The translations under genes were made by a program, and so were the position numbers. 64,000 bases of DNA from Nostoc sp. DedSLP01 (GTDB taxonomy: Bacteria; Cyanobacteriota; Cyanobacteriia; Cyanobacteriales; Nostocaceae): the NCBI GenBank assembly GCA_034530875.2, contig JAVRCJ020000002.1, forward strand, positions 320,001 to 384,000, in the 5' to 3' direction. Shown here piece by piece: positions 9,584 to 18,626 of the stretch. The notes under the pieces are model-generated. The model saw nothing but the letters and a program-made list of their open reading frames with translations. It had not been told where the DNA came from and did not search any database. Positions within the stretch are counted from its first letter, which is position 1, and each line of letters begins with the position of its first letter.

Positions 9584-10756
9584 ATGGTACGCATTGTTGT
9601 TTGTGGCTATATGATCCGATATCCCGTGGCGGGAATGCTCCTTGTCTTCTTTCATTATCTGCTGGGGTTGGCACGGCTGGGGCATAACGTGTTTTATTTG
9701 GAAGAAAGTGGCTGGTCGCAATCCTGTTACGATCCTGTGCGCCAGGAGTACAGCGACGATCCACAACAAGGGATGGCGATTATTCACGCTGTAATGGCTC
9801 AATTCGGTTTACAGATCCCAATTTGTTATATTAATCGCGAGTCTGGGCAGATTTGGGGGGCAACCTGGGATGACTTAAAGCAGATGCTAAAAGAGGCTGA
9901 TGTACTCCTGAATATTGGGGGGGTTTGCTGGTTACCTGAGTTTCGTCTGTGCCGTCGGCGTACTCTGATTGACCTAGACCCCTTCTTCACCCAGATTGGG
10001 CGCTTCGCGGTTGAGGATTTGGACGAGTATCAAGTGTATTTCAGCTATGGTGTCAATATTGGCAAGTCAGATTGTACGGTTCCGACACGCGGAATTGATT
10101 GGCATCCTACGGTTCCGCCTGTGGTGCCTGAAATTTGGCACAAATCGGTGGCTGCAAACGAACAACCCATTGCCGAAAGTCTTATGGATGCTCCCTTCAC
10201 AACGATCGCGAATTGGAGTGCCTATGGAGGGGTAACGTATGCAGGAGAGTATTACGGACAAAAGAGCGAAGAATTCTTGCAGTTGCTGAACCTGCCAAAC
10301 CATACCGCACAACGTTTGGAATTGGCGCTTTCTGGGGCTAACGAGGAGATTAAAACGCAATTCCTGAGAGCGGGATGGCTAATACAAGACGGTGGAGCGG
10401 TAAGCGTAGATTTAGCAACCTATCAAACGTATTTAATCAGCTCGCGCGGAGAATTTAGCGTGGCGAAACAGGCTTATGTCAAAACCCATAGTGGCTGGTT
10501 CAGCGATCGCAGTGTTTGCTATCTCGCGGCTGGTTTACCTGTCGTTTTACAAGATACAGGGTTTACAGATTGGCTGACCACGGGTCATGGCGTGCTGGCG
10601 TTTTCATCGTTGGAGTCAGCTGTAGACTGCATTGAGCGTGTCAACGCAGATTATCCAGCGCAAAGCCTTGCAGCACGGGAAATAGCTGAACAAATCTTCA
10701 GTTACAAAGTCGTGCTGCCTCGACTACTGGAGACAGCGGCAATTCATGCTCGATGA
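9584..10756 (+). CDS. Uncharacterised GT-B-like glycosyltransferase, paralog 2
   Basis: HYLLGLARLG...FYLE; GWFSDRSVCYLAAGLPVVLQDTGF. Confidence 0.7.
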   Translation: MVRIVVCGYMIRYPVAGMLLVFFHYLLGLARLGHNVFYLEESGWSQSCYDPVRQEYSDDPQQGMAIIHAVMAQFGLQIPICYINRESGQIWGATWDDLKQMLKEADVLLNIGGVCWLPEFRLCRRRTLIDLDPFFTQIGRFAVEDLDEYQVYFSYGVNIGKSDCTVPTRGIDWHPTVPPVVPEIWHKSVAANEQPIAESLMDAPFTTIANWSAYGGVTYAGEYYGQKSEEFLQLLNLPNHTAQRLELALSGANEEIKTQFLRAGWLIQDGGAVSVDLATYQTYLISSRGEFSVAKQAYVKTHSGWFSDRSVCYLAAGLPVVLQDTGFTDWLTTGHGVLAFSSLESAVDCIERVNADYPAQSLAAREIAEQIFSYKVVLPRLLETAAIHAR

Positions 10757-10782
10757 GACGAGTCAAGGAGAGTTGAAGTCAG

Positions 10783-11922
10783 ATGATGATCGTTTTTGCG
10801 AGTGCAATCGGTCGTTTTCCCATAGGAGGCAATGCCTGGTCTGACCTACAGTACCTTTTGGGTTTGCGATCGCTTGGGCATAATGTTTTCTACTTGGAAG
10901 AATGTGGGCCAGAGTCGTGGGTTTACAACTGGGAAACTGAGCAACTGACAACGGAATTGGACTATCCGACAAATTATCTCAGAAACTGTCTAGAGCCGCT
11001 TGGCTTTGAAAACCAATGGATTTACCGGGCTGGCGATCGCTCGGTTGGAATGGAGATTGACAAATTTAAGGATATCTGCTCTCAGGCTGATTTGATGATT
11101 GTGCGTGCTTCGCCAATTTCTCTATGGAGAGAGGAATATGATTTGCCAAAGCGCCGCATTTATATTGATGCCGATCCAGGTTTCACTCAGATTAATATTG
11201 CCAGCGGTCATGGGGAATTGATTGAGACTATTGAACATTGCGATCGCCTGTTTACGATTGGACAACGCATTGATGCTGATGACTGTCCGATCCCCACAAA
11301 CGGTAGGCATTGGCTAAAGACGTTACCTCCAGTAGCACTGCCTTACTGGCCAGTAATTGACGATGATAATCCCACTCACTTCAGTTCGATTATGCAATGG
11401 CGCAGTTATCGCGAGGTCGTATACGAAGGAGTCACCTACGGCAACAAGGATAAAGAATTTCTCAAGTTTCTTGATATACCGCAACTAACAAAACAACCGT
11501 TTCGGATTGCCTTAAGTGGCGGCTTTCCCAACGAACTATCTCAGTACGGCTGGGAAGTCGTCCCCGGATGGATTGCGTCCTTTTCACCAGAGTCATACCA
11601 AAAATTCCTTCAAGAATCCCGTGCTGAGTTTGGAGTTGCAAAACAGGGTTATGTTGCGACAAAAGGCGGTTGGTTTAGCGATCGTAGCGTATGTTACCTA
11701 GCTTCCGGCAGACCTATTTTAGTTCAAGACACAGGCTTGAGCGATTGGCTGCCAGTAGGAGAAGGGATTTTAACCTTTCGCGATCGAAAGGAGGCAATTA
11801 AAGGTACAGAAGCCATCAACGCTGACTATAAAAGACATCGGTATGCAGCACGGCAATTAGCAGAGGAGTATTTTAACTCAGATAAAGTTCTTTTAACTCT
11901 TTTAGAAGCAGCTATAAGTTAA
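10783..11922 (+). CDS. Uncharacterised GT-B-like glycosyltransferase, paralog 3
   Basis: QYLLGLRSLG...FYLE; GWFSDRSVCYLASGRPILVQDTG. Confidence 0.7.
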   Translation: MMIVFASAIGRFPIGGNAWSDLQYLLGLRSLGHNVFYLEECGPESWVYNWETEQLTTELDYPTNYLRNCLEPLGFENQWIYRAGDRSVGMEIDKFKDICSQADLMIVRASPISLWREEYDLPKRRIYIDADPGFTQINIASGHGELIETIEHCDRLFTIGQRIDADDCPIPTNGRHWLKTLPPVALPYWPVIDDDNPTHFSSIMQWRSYREVVYEGVTYGNKDKEFLKFLDIPQLTKQPFRIALSGGFPNELSQYGWEVVPGWIASFSPESYQKFLQESRAEFGVAKQGYVATKGGWFSDRSVCYLASGRPILVQDTGLSDWLPVGEGILTFRDRKEAIKGTEAINADYKRHRYAARQLAEEYFNSDKVLLTLLEAAIS

Positions 11923-11950
11923 CGATATATTGAGTTTATAAAATATCACT

Positions 11951-13120
11951 ATGTCAAAAGTAACCATCGGGTTCGTTCCTCGCGAACAATTCTCCTTAGC
12001 AGCTGAATCTTTGCAGCGGATTTTTGACTACACTAATATTCCATTTAACTTAATCGTAGTAGACTGCAACATCCCAAAGGTGTATTGGCAGCAAATCGAA
12101 CAAGTGCTGGAGGGACGTAGTAATGTGGCAGTTATCCACGAAGAGCATTATCTAACGCCTAACCAGTCAAAAAATCTGGTGATTCAGGAAGCCAAAGATG
12201 ATTTTGTCTGCTTCATAGAGAGCGACGTTATGGTTGAGCAGGGCTGGCTATCTCAACTTATGGCAGCTTGCGAAGAGCATCCGGCTGATGTCGCAATCCC
12301 ACGCATTATCGAGGGGCGTTTGGGAGAGGCAAAAGTTCACTTTGACCCAAATCTGGGACAGATTCGCTCAGTGCAAACAACCGATGGAGTCAAATACGAA
12401 ATCCTTCCGTTTACAGAGGATGGACAACTTGATAAAGGGGAGCATCGCCGGACGATAGAACTGTCTGGAGAGGCTCACTGTCAGCTCTATCGTCGAAGTG
12501 TTTTTGACCGAGTTGCTCCTTTTGATGAAGAGGTTATTTATCTAGATTGGATCGATTCTAGTTTGGCTTTATATAATGCCAAGATTCCAGTTGTGTTTGA
12601 GCCAAAGTCTGTAGTCCATTTCTGGCATCCTTTTCCTCCCCGTCGTCCTGACCTCGATTATTTCTTCATGAGATGGGATCTCGAACGAGCTCAACAGGAT
12701 CTCGAGCGCATTCCCCAGAAGTGGAATCTGGCTAAAGTGACAGCAGATCTGGAGTTTGCCAGGGAGCGAAATCGTATCGGTCAGCTTCATGCAAGCATGG
12801 AGGAACTCAAAGCTTTAATATCGCCGCAGGAATCCTTTATTTTGGTCGATGAAGATTGGTTAAATGGCAATGAAGTCATCGAGGGTTTTCGGACTATACC
12901 CTTCATCGAACATAACGAGCAGTATTGGGGAGCTCCAACAGATGATGACACAGCTATTCGAGAATTCGATCGCCTACGCCAAGCTGGTGCCAGCGCGATA
13001 GTTTTTCTGATGCACACTTTTTGGTGGCTGGAATACTACAGGGAATTTTCTAACTATTTGCGTCAAAAGTTTCCCTGTGTATTACAAAATGAGCGTCTAA
13101 TTGTGTTTGATTTACGCTAA
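11951..13120 (+). CDS. GT2-like protein with conserved C-terminal YWG/FWWL domain
   Basis: GT-A-like N-terminus (LIVVD; FIESD in place of DxD) plus a C-terminal domain shared with the next two genes. Confidence 0.7.
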   Translation: MSKVTIGFVPREQFSLAAESLQRIFDYTNIPFNLIVVDCNIPKVYWQQIEQVLEGRSNVAVIHEEHYLTPNQSKNLVIQEAKDDFVCFIESDVMVEQGWLSQLMAACEEHPADVAIPRIIEGRLGEAKVHFDPNLGQIRSVQTTDGVKYEILPFTEDGQLDKGEHRRTIELSGEAHCQLYRRSVFDRVAPFDEEVIYLDWIDSSLALYNAKIPVVFEPKSVVHFWHPFPPRRPDLDYFFMRWDLERAQQDLERIPQKWNLAKVTADLEFARERNRIGQLHASMEELKALISPQESFILVDEDWLNGNEVIEGFRTIPFIEHNEQYWGAPTDDDTAIREFDRLRQAGASAIVFLMHTFWWLEYYREFSNYLRQKFPCVLQNERLIVFDLR

Positions 13121-14271
13121 TGAAAAAATCTAGAGCAAGTATTATAATAACCAACTACAACTACGGGCATTTTCTGCGTGAGGCGATTGAAAGTGCTTTA
13201 AATCAAACCTATCAGCCTACGGAAGTCATCGTAGTCGATGACGGTTCAACAGATAATTCACAGCAAATCATTGCTAATTACGGAAAAAGAATTGTTTCTG
13301 TTTTGAAAGAGAATGGAGGGCAGGGATCGGCATTCAATGCCGGTTTTGCTGCCAGTTGTGGTCAAGTTGTCTGCTTCTTAGATGCAGACGATGTTTTGTT
13401 ACCCAATGCTATTGAAAGAGCAGTGGAGCTGCTGCACGAATCCAACGCAGTCAAAGTGCATTGGCCTTTATCTGCGATTGATGTTTATGGTAAACCACTA
13501 GGCAAGTTATATCCTGAAAAACCTTTGCCAGAAGGAGATTTGCTTGATGCACAGCTGAGTGGTGGTGTAGATGGTCATATCTTCTCCCCTACTAGCGGCA
13601 ATGCTTGGACGCGTAGTTACTTAAAAAGGATTTTGCCCATACCGGAGATTCACTATCGCATCAATGCCGATTCCTATCTAGCAATGCTTGCTCCCTTGTT
13701 TGGCCGCATCCAGCGCATTGACGAGCATCAGGCTTTGTATCGCATTCATGGTAATAATGGCACTAGCAAGACTACTTATCGCTGGCAGCTTAACCAATAC
13801 CAGTATGAAATGACAATCCTGCATAAGTTTTTACAGGAACAGAACATTCAAATTAAAGATGCTTTTGAGTGCGCTCAAAGTTCTGGTTATAGCCATATCA
13901 AGCGTATGGTCGAATTGGGCGAGGAACTAGAACCGTTAATTCCACTAAGACAAAAGTATATTTTAGTTGATATGGATGAATGGGGATGGAATGGGCAGCT
14001 ACTTGAAAATAGGCGATCGATCCCCTTCCTTGAAAAAGATGGTATGTATTGGGGACCGCCACCAGATGATGCCATTGCTATTAAGGAATTCGAGCGTTTG
14101 CATCATGAAGGGGCAAGTTTTATTGTATTTGGATCGCCAGCTTTCTGGTGGCTTGACTACTATGCTGAATTCGTTCGCTATTTACGTACTAGGTTTCGTT
14201 GTGTTTTGGAAAATGAACGCTTGGTTGTCTTTGATTTACAGGGAATAGGCAACAACAATGAAAAACTTTAG
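13120..14271 (+). CDS. GT2 glycosyltransferase with conserved C-terminal YWG/FWWL domain
   Basis: NYNYG, VVDDGSTD, FLDADD, YRIHG. TAATG overlap with the upstream gene. Confidence 0.88.
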   Translation: MKKSRASIIITNYNYGHFLREAIESALNQTYQPTEVIVVDDGSTDNSQQIIANYGKRIVSVLKENGGQGSAFNAGFAASCGQVVCFLDADDVLLPNAIERAVELLHESNAVKVHWPLSAIDVYGKPLGKLYPEKPLPEGDLLDAQLSGGVDGHIFSPTSGNAWTRSYLKRILPIPEIHYRINADSYLAMLAPLFGRIQRIDEHQALYRIHGNNGTSKTTYRWQLNQYQYEMTILHKFLQEQNIQIKDAFECAQSSGYSHIKRMVELGEELEPLIPLRQKYILVDMDEWGWNGQLLENRRSIPFLEKDGMYWGPPPDDAIAIKEFERLHHEGASFIVFGSPAFWWLDYYAEFVRYLRTRFRCVLENERLVVFDLQGIGNNNEKL

Positions 14272-14430
14272 TTATTGGTTTAAAGCCTACTTTAAAAAAG
14301 ATGTTTTTATCAAACACAAAACGCAAAAAAAACAGCGTCATTTTTTCAATCCGAGATTTTTAAGTGTAAGTTTCCCTATTGCCTATTGCCTGTACCCCCT
14401 TTCCTTTAAAACTTATTACCAAAACAGGGG

Positions 14431-15660
14431 GTGAGTACAAATAATATGAAACCCAAAACCAAAGTTACAATCGCTATCCCAACTTACAATCGCTCGAAAC
14501 TTCTAAAAACAAGCCTGGAAAGCGCACTGGCTCAAGACTATCCAGATTTCCAAGTGCTTGTAGTAGATAATGCTTCTGACGATGATACAGAAGCGGTTGT
14601 GCGATCGTTCGCAGATTCGCGGGTCGCTTATGTACGCAACGAAACCAATATAAGAATGTTCGGCAATTGGCAACGGACTATTGAACTCAACACTAGTCCC
14701 TATCTCAGCATCTTGTCAGATGATGATGTACTCCTGCCTAACTTCATCCACGAATCTGTCCTCGCATTAGACAAACATCCTCATGCTGGCCTCTCGGCTG
14801 GTCTAGCTGAATTTATCGACATTAACGGTGCGATAGTGCCTGTCACAGTTACAGAACTTTCAGATAAGTTACCAGAAGGATTAATATCCGGTCTAGAGTT
14901 CATCCACCAAATTGTTGATGGACGAAAATGGATTTTGCGTACCTCAACAGTGATGTTTCGCGCTGATGCATTGACTGCGGTTGGTGGGTTCGACCTAACT
15001 CATACAAAGTACTTACTAGATTTGAACCTATATTTACGGCTGGCAGCGCAATTCGATTTCGTCTTTATTGCCAAACAGTTGGCTCAAGTGCGCTTCCATG
15101 TCGAACAGGATTCCCAGGTAAGCTTTCACTCCCTTAGTGGAATAGGAGCGTTGGCTGTAATGGCAGAACGTACTGATGCGATCGCTTATTTGTTAAAGTC
15201 GCCACGTGCAGAGGACGCATCTTATCGTCAGTGGCTAACAGAGCGCCTGTTGCATATCAGTATGCGCCGTAGTGCGTTCGCGTCTGAATTAGTACCTAAA
15301 CTTAATGTGAGTTGGTCAGAACGCCTACAAATTGCTGTGCGCGATATTGCATCTGCGATTCCAGCAGGCAAGCGTTTGATTTTGGTCGATGAAAATCAAT
15401 GGAGTTGTGATATTCTGCCGCAATTCGATGTTCTGCCTTTCCTCGAACATGAGGGTCAGTACTGGGGAGCGCCGCTAGATGACGAAACCGCTATCCGAGA
15501 ACTCGAACGAATGCGGCAAGGGGGAGCAAGTTTCATAGTTATTGCTTGGTCGGCCTTTTGGTGGCTTGATTATTACTCTGGTCTGCGAAATTATCTCAGT
15601 TCAAATTTTTGCTGTGTTTTGGATAATAGCCGCCTCGTCGTTTTCGACCTGCGACTGTGA
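14431..15660 (+). CDS. GT2 glycosyltransferase with conserved C-terminal YWG/FWWL domain
   Basis: IPTYNR, VVDNASDD, SDDD. Start may be ATG 14446. Confidence 0.88.
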   Translation: MSTNNMKPKTKVTIAIPTYNRSKLLKTSLESALAQDYPDFQVLVVDNASDDDTEAVVRSFADSRVAYVRNETNIRMFGNWQRTIELNTSPYLSILSDDDVLLPNFIHESVLALDKHPHAGLSAGLAEFIDINGAIVPVTVTELSDKLPEGLISGLEFIHQIVDGRKWILRTSTVMFRADALTAVGGFDLTHTKYLLDLNLYLRLAAQFDFVFIAKQLAQVRFHVEQDSQVSFHSLSGIGALAVMAERTDAIAYLLKSPRAEDASYRQWLTERLLHISMRRSAFASELVPKLNVSWSERLQIAVRDIASAIPAGKRLILVDENQWSCDILPQFDVLPFLEHEGQYWGAPLDDETAIRELERMRQGGASFIVIAWSAFWWLDYYSGLRNYLSSNFCCVLDNSRLVVFDLRL

Positions 15661-15737
15661 GATTCTTTTAATATGCAGTGAAAGCTTTGGACTGCGATCG
15701 CTTGTTCTGAACTGTAAACTCACTGAGTCAAGTTTTC

Positions 15738-16979
15738 ATGAACTGGAAATATGAAAAAGGTAAATTTAATATCTTAGGTCAATGGCTAGCCTGGTCAGGA
15801 GTTTTGGCTCTAGCCGGTACTGGCGGTTGGCTGACTTACTTTTTAGCTCTCAACCAATCTCCTGAACCAGTAGCAGTAAGCTTACAAACCGTACAGCGAG
15901 GTAATATTGAAACCACAATCAATGAAAGCGGTACTGTTGAGTTGCAAGAACAGCGCATCTTGAAGTCCCCGAAAGAAGGTGCAGTAGATCGAATAATGGT
16001 CAAACCTGGCGATCGGGTAAAAGCTGGTCAAGTGCTGCTAACCCTGCGCTACCCCGAACGAAAAATTGCTCTTGGGAATCAACAGTTGGAAATTGAGCAA
16101 GAAGAACTCAACTTAGCACGCAATCGCCAAAAAATTATCGAAGCCCAAGAACGGTTAACAGCTGAAGAAGCGCAACTTAAGAGGCTGGCTCCTTTAGTAG
16201 AAAAGGGAGCAATTGCCCTACAACAAGCCCAATCGCAGGAAGATGCAGTACGCCAAGCTAGGGCTGCTCTCAGAGATGCTCAAGCAGAGACACGTACAAG
16301 CGCCCTCAAAATTCAAAGCTTGCGATTGGAGCGTCAAGTTATTCAGCAGGAAATCCAAGATAGTATCGTGACTGCACCAATGAATGGCGTAGTCTTGGGT
16401 GTCAACGTTCAAGATGGTGATGGAGTTGAGTTGCGTACCAACCTGCTCACCATAGGCGACCCCAGAAAAATACTCGTGAAGCTCCAGCTTTCTACCCTCA
16501 ACGCGGGTCAAGTCCGAGTCAGTCAATTTGCCCGCGTGACGGCGATCGGCCCTAAGCCCAAGACATTCATGGGACGCGTGCTAAGCCTGTATCCTCAAGC
16601 ACTTACACCTGAAGCTCTCAGACAGGAAGGCGGCGGTCAAAATCAATCATCTCAAGCAATAGTACCCGCAACAGTTGCGCTGGATACTCCTACTCGCGAA
16701 CTGCTCCCTGGTAGCCGAGTAAATGTTGAGATTATTTTGCAGCGGCGGCAGAATATAGTAGTTTTGAACACAGGAGTTATTGGGCGGTCTGGCTCATCTC
16801 CTTTTGTCTGGGTTCGGGACAGTAAAAATCAAGCTCAGAAAAGAGCGATCGCTCTAGGATTGGAGGGATTAATGAACGTAGAAGTTACCTCTGGCTTGCG
16901 TGCTGGCGAACAAATTATACTGCCACCTGGAGAATCCGAACTCAAGCCAGGAACGCCAATTAAAACAACTCAAAAGTAA
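15738..16979 (+). CDS. Efflux membrane-fusion (periplasmic adaptor) protein, MacA/HlyD family
   Basis: N-terminal TM, lipoyl-like half motifs (VKPGDRVKAGQVL; APMNGVV), coiled-coil hairpin, GLxxGE C-terminus. Confidence 0.88.
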   Translation: MNWKYEKGKFNILGQWLAWSGVLALAGTGGWLTYFLALNQSPEPVAVSLQTVQRGNIETTINESGTVELQEQRILKSPKEGAVDRIMVKPGDRVKAGQVLLTLRYPERKIALGNQQLEIEQEELNLARNRQKIIEAQERLTAEEAQLKRLAPLVEKGAIALQQAQSQEDAVRQARAALRDAQAETRTSALKIQSLRLERQVIQQEIQDSIVTAPMNGVVLGVNVQDGDGVELRTNLLTIGDPRKILVKLQLSTLNAGQVRVSQFARVTAIGPKPKTFMGRVLSLYPQALTPEALRQEGGGQNQSSQAIVPATVALDTPTRELLPGSRVNVEIILQRRQNIVVLNTGVIGRSGSSPFVWVRDSKNQAQKRAIALGLEGLMNVEVTSGLRAGEQIILPPGESELKPGTPIKTTQK

Positions 16980-17084
16980 TAAGTAGAAGGCAGGGGGCAG
17001 GGGGCAGGGGGCAGGAGGGAAAAGCCACTTTTTATCAGGGTTTTAAACTTTTGTCTTTGACATTTAATTATGTCTACCTACTTA
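16980..17084. repeat. MITE-like remnant containing a GGCAGGG heptamer array
   Basis: Ends TAAGTAG ... CTACTTA; about four GGCAGGG units at 16989-17015. Confidence 0.45.
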
Positions 17085-17107
17085 CCAATTTTAAAAATAA
17101 TCACAGA

Positions 17108-17192
17108 TATAGCCGTAGTCAGATATGTTAGGACATTTTAAAAGCTTGAATACCAGGAATAGTAATACTTTTACCTCCTGCCTCCTGCTATA
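17108..17192. mobile_element. MITE-like element (TATAGC-N13-GTTAGGACATT...CTATA family)
   Basis: Same terminal architecture as 55360-55464; bounded by TATA at both ends. Confidence 0.55.
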
Positions 17193-17260
17193 CACACTTT
17201 TAAAGCCTTGCGCTATCTAGTTTTATTAATTTTTAATTTTGAATTTTAAATTGGTATAAA

Positions 17261-18442
17261 ATGGCTCTTTCAGCTTTCGATTTATTAGATATCACCTTTC
17301 GTTCATTGGGTAGGAATCCTTTACGTTCTGGCTTGACTACTTTAGGTGTATTTATGGGTGTGGCTGCTGTAAGTGCTACGCTCCAGGTTGGCAATATCAG
17401 CCGTACTGCGATCGCTCAACAACTGGCAAAACGAGGCGCACCTCAAGTTTCAGTATACGCAGACTGGGATTCTGGCGGTCGTACTACCCAGCTGAAGGTG
17501 GAAGACATGGAATACTTGCGACAGCGGTTGACTAACTTACGAGCAATCAGTGCTTTTAATTGGGGCGGACCGACATTAACTGTATTTCAGGACAAACAGG
17601 CTAGTCCACCGATGTCCCCTGTTTCCCAAGATTTTTTGTTGACTTCCGGAAAAACGTTAGTTTCGGGACGGTTCTTTACGGCTAAGGATTTTGCTATTTA
17701 CCGACCGGTAGCAGTAATCGACCAATTGCTAGCAGAACAACTCTTCCAAAAGCAAGATCCTTTAGGTCAGATGATTTATGCTGGGCAAAGACCTTATATC
17801 GTCGTCGGGGTGATAGCCACTAATCTCGATGAAAATGCACCTCCTGCGGGTCAACTATATGTGCCGATGACTGTTTACAATGCTCTCACTGGTAGCCGCG
17901 ACATTGGTAGCATCCAAATGCGTCCTGACAAACTTGAAAATGTCGAACAATTGAGCGACCAAGCTAAGGAACTGCTACAACAAAGATTCCCCGGTCTCAA
18001 ATTTAAGTATTGGAGTAATGTATCAGACATCGTTCAGCAGCAGAAAACCCTGGAGATGGCTTCTCAAGGTCTAACCGCAGTAGGAGCGATCGCTTTATTA
18101 GTTGGAGGCGTCGGAATTGCCAATATCATGATAGCCTCAGTCACAGAACGAACTGCTGAAATAGGTTTGAGGCGGGCAGTAGGAGCAACCCAACGGGAAA
18201 TTATGCTGCAATTTATTCTAGAGGCAGTGCTTTTAAGTTTAATAGGCGGGGGTGTCGGTCTGGGGGTAGTGCATGGCGTGACGGTTATAGTCGCTGATAC
18301 CTTTAAATTGCCTTACGAGTTTAACGAGCAGATTGCAGTGTTGGCATTAGGTTCAGCGCTACTAGTGGGTGTGGGAGCTAGTTTGCCTCCTGCCGTCCGC
18401 GCCAGCCAAATCGATCCAGTCAAAGCCCTACGCTCAGAGTAA
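17261..18442 (+). CDS. MacB/FtsX-family ABC permease (no ATPase domain)
   Basis: LRSGLTTLGV, periplasmic domain, GGVGIANIMIASVTERTAEIGLRRAVGA, C-terminal DPVKALRSE. Confidence 0.92.
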   Translation: MALSAFDLLDITFRSLGRNPLRSGLTTLGVFMGVAAVSATLQVGNISRTAIAQQLAKRGAPQVSVYADWDSGGRTTQLKVEDMEYLRQRLTNLRAISAFNWGGPTLTVFQDKQASPPMSPVSQDFLLTSGKTLVSGRFFTAKDFAIYRPVAVIDQLLAEQLFQKQDPLGQMIYAGQRPYIVVGVIATNLDENAPPAGQLYVPMTVYNALTGSRDIGSIQMRPDKLENVEQLSDQAKELLQQRFPGLKFKYWSNVSDIVQQQKTLEMASQGLTAVGAIALLVGGVGIANIMIASVTERTAEIGLRRAVGATQREIMLQFILEAVLLSLIGGGVGLGVVHGVTVIVADTFKLPYEFNEQIAVLALGSALLVGVGASLPPAVRASQIDPVKALRSE

Positions 18443-18449
18443 TTCGTAT

Positions 18450-18590
18450 TTAGTCATTAGTCATTGGTCATTGGTCATTGGGCATTGGGCATTGGGCATT
18501 GGGCATTGGGCATTGGTCATTAGTCATTAGTCATTAGTTATTAATTATTCTCCCCTGCTTCCCCTGCTTCCCCTGCCTCCTGCCTCCTGC
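18450..18590. repeat. STRR heptamer array (CATTGGG/CATTGGT/CATTAGT) followed by CCCCTGCTT and CCTCCTG repeats
   Basis: About 12 tandem heptamers at 18450-18538, between convergent genes. Confidence 0.9.
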
Positions 18591-18626
18591 TATAAATTCC
18601 TAAGTATATCGATCTACGAGCTGCAT

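Noticed and set aside
18450..18538. Possible CRISPR array in tandem repeats (also 58985-59085)
   Set aside because: Units are 7-8 nt with no unique spacers, and no cas genes are present. These are ordinary STRRs.
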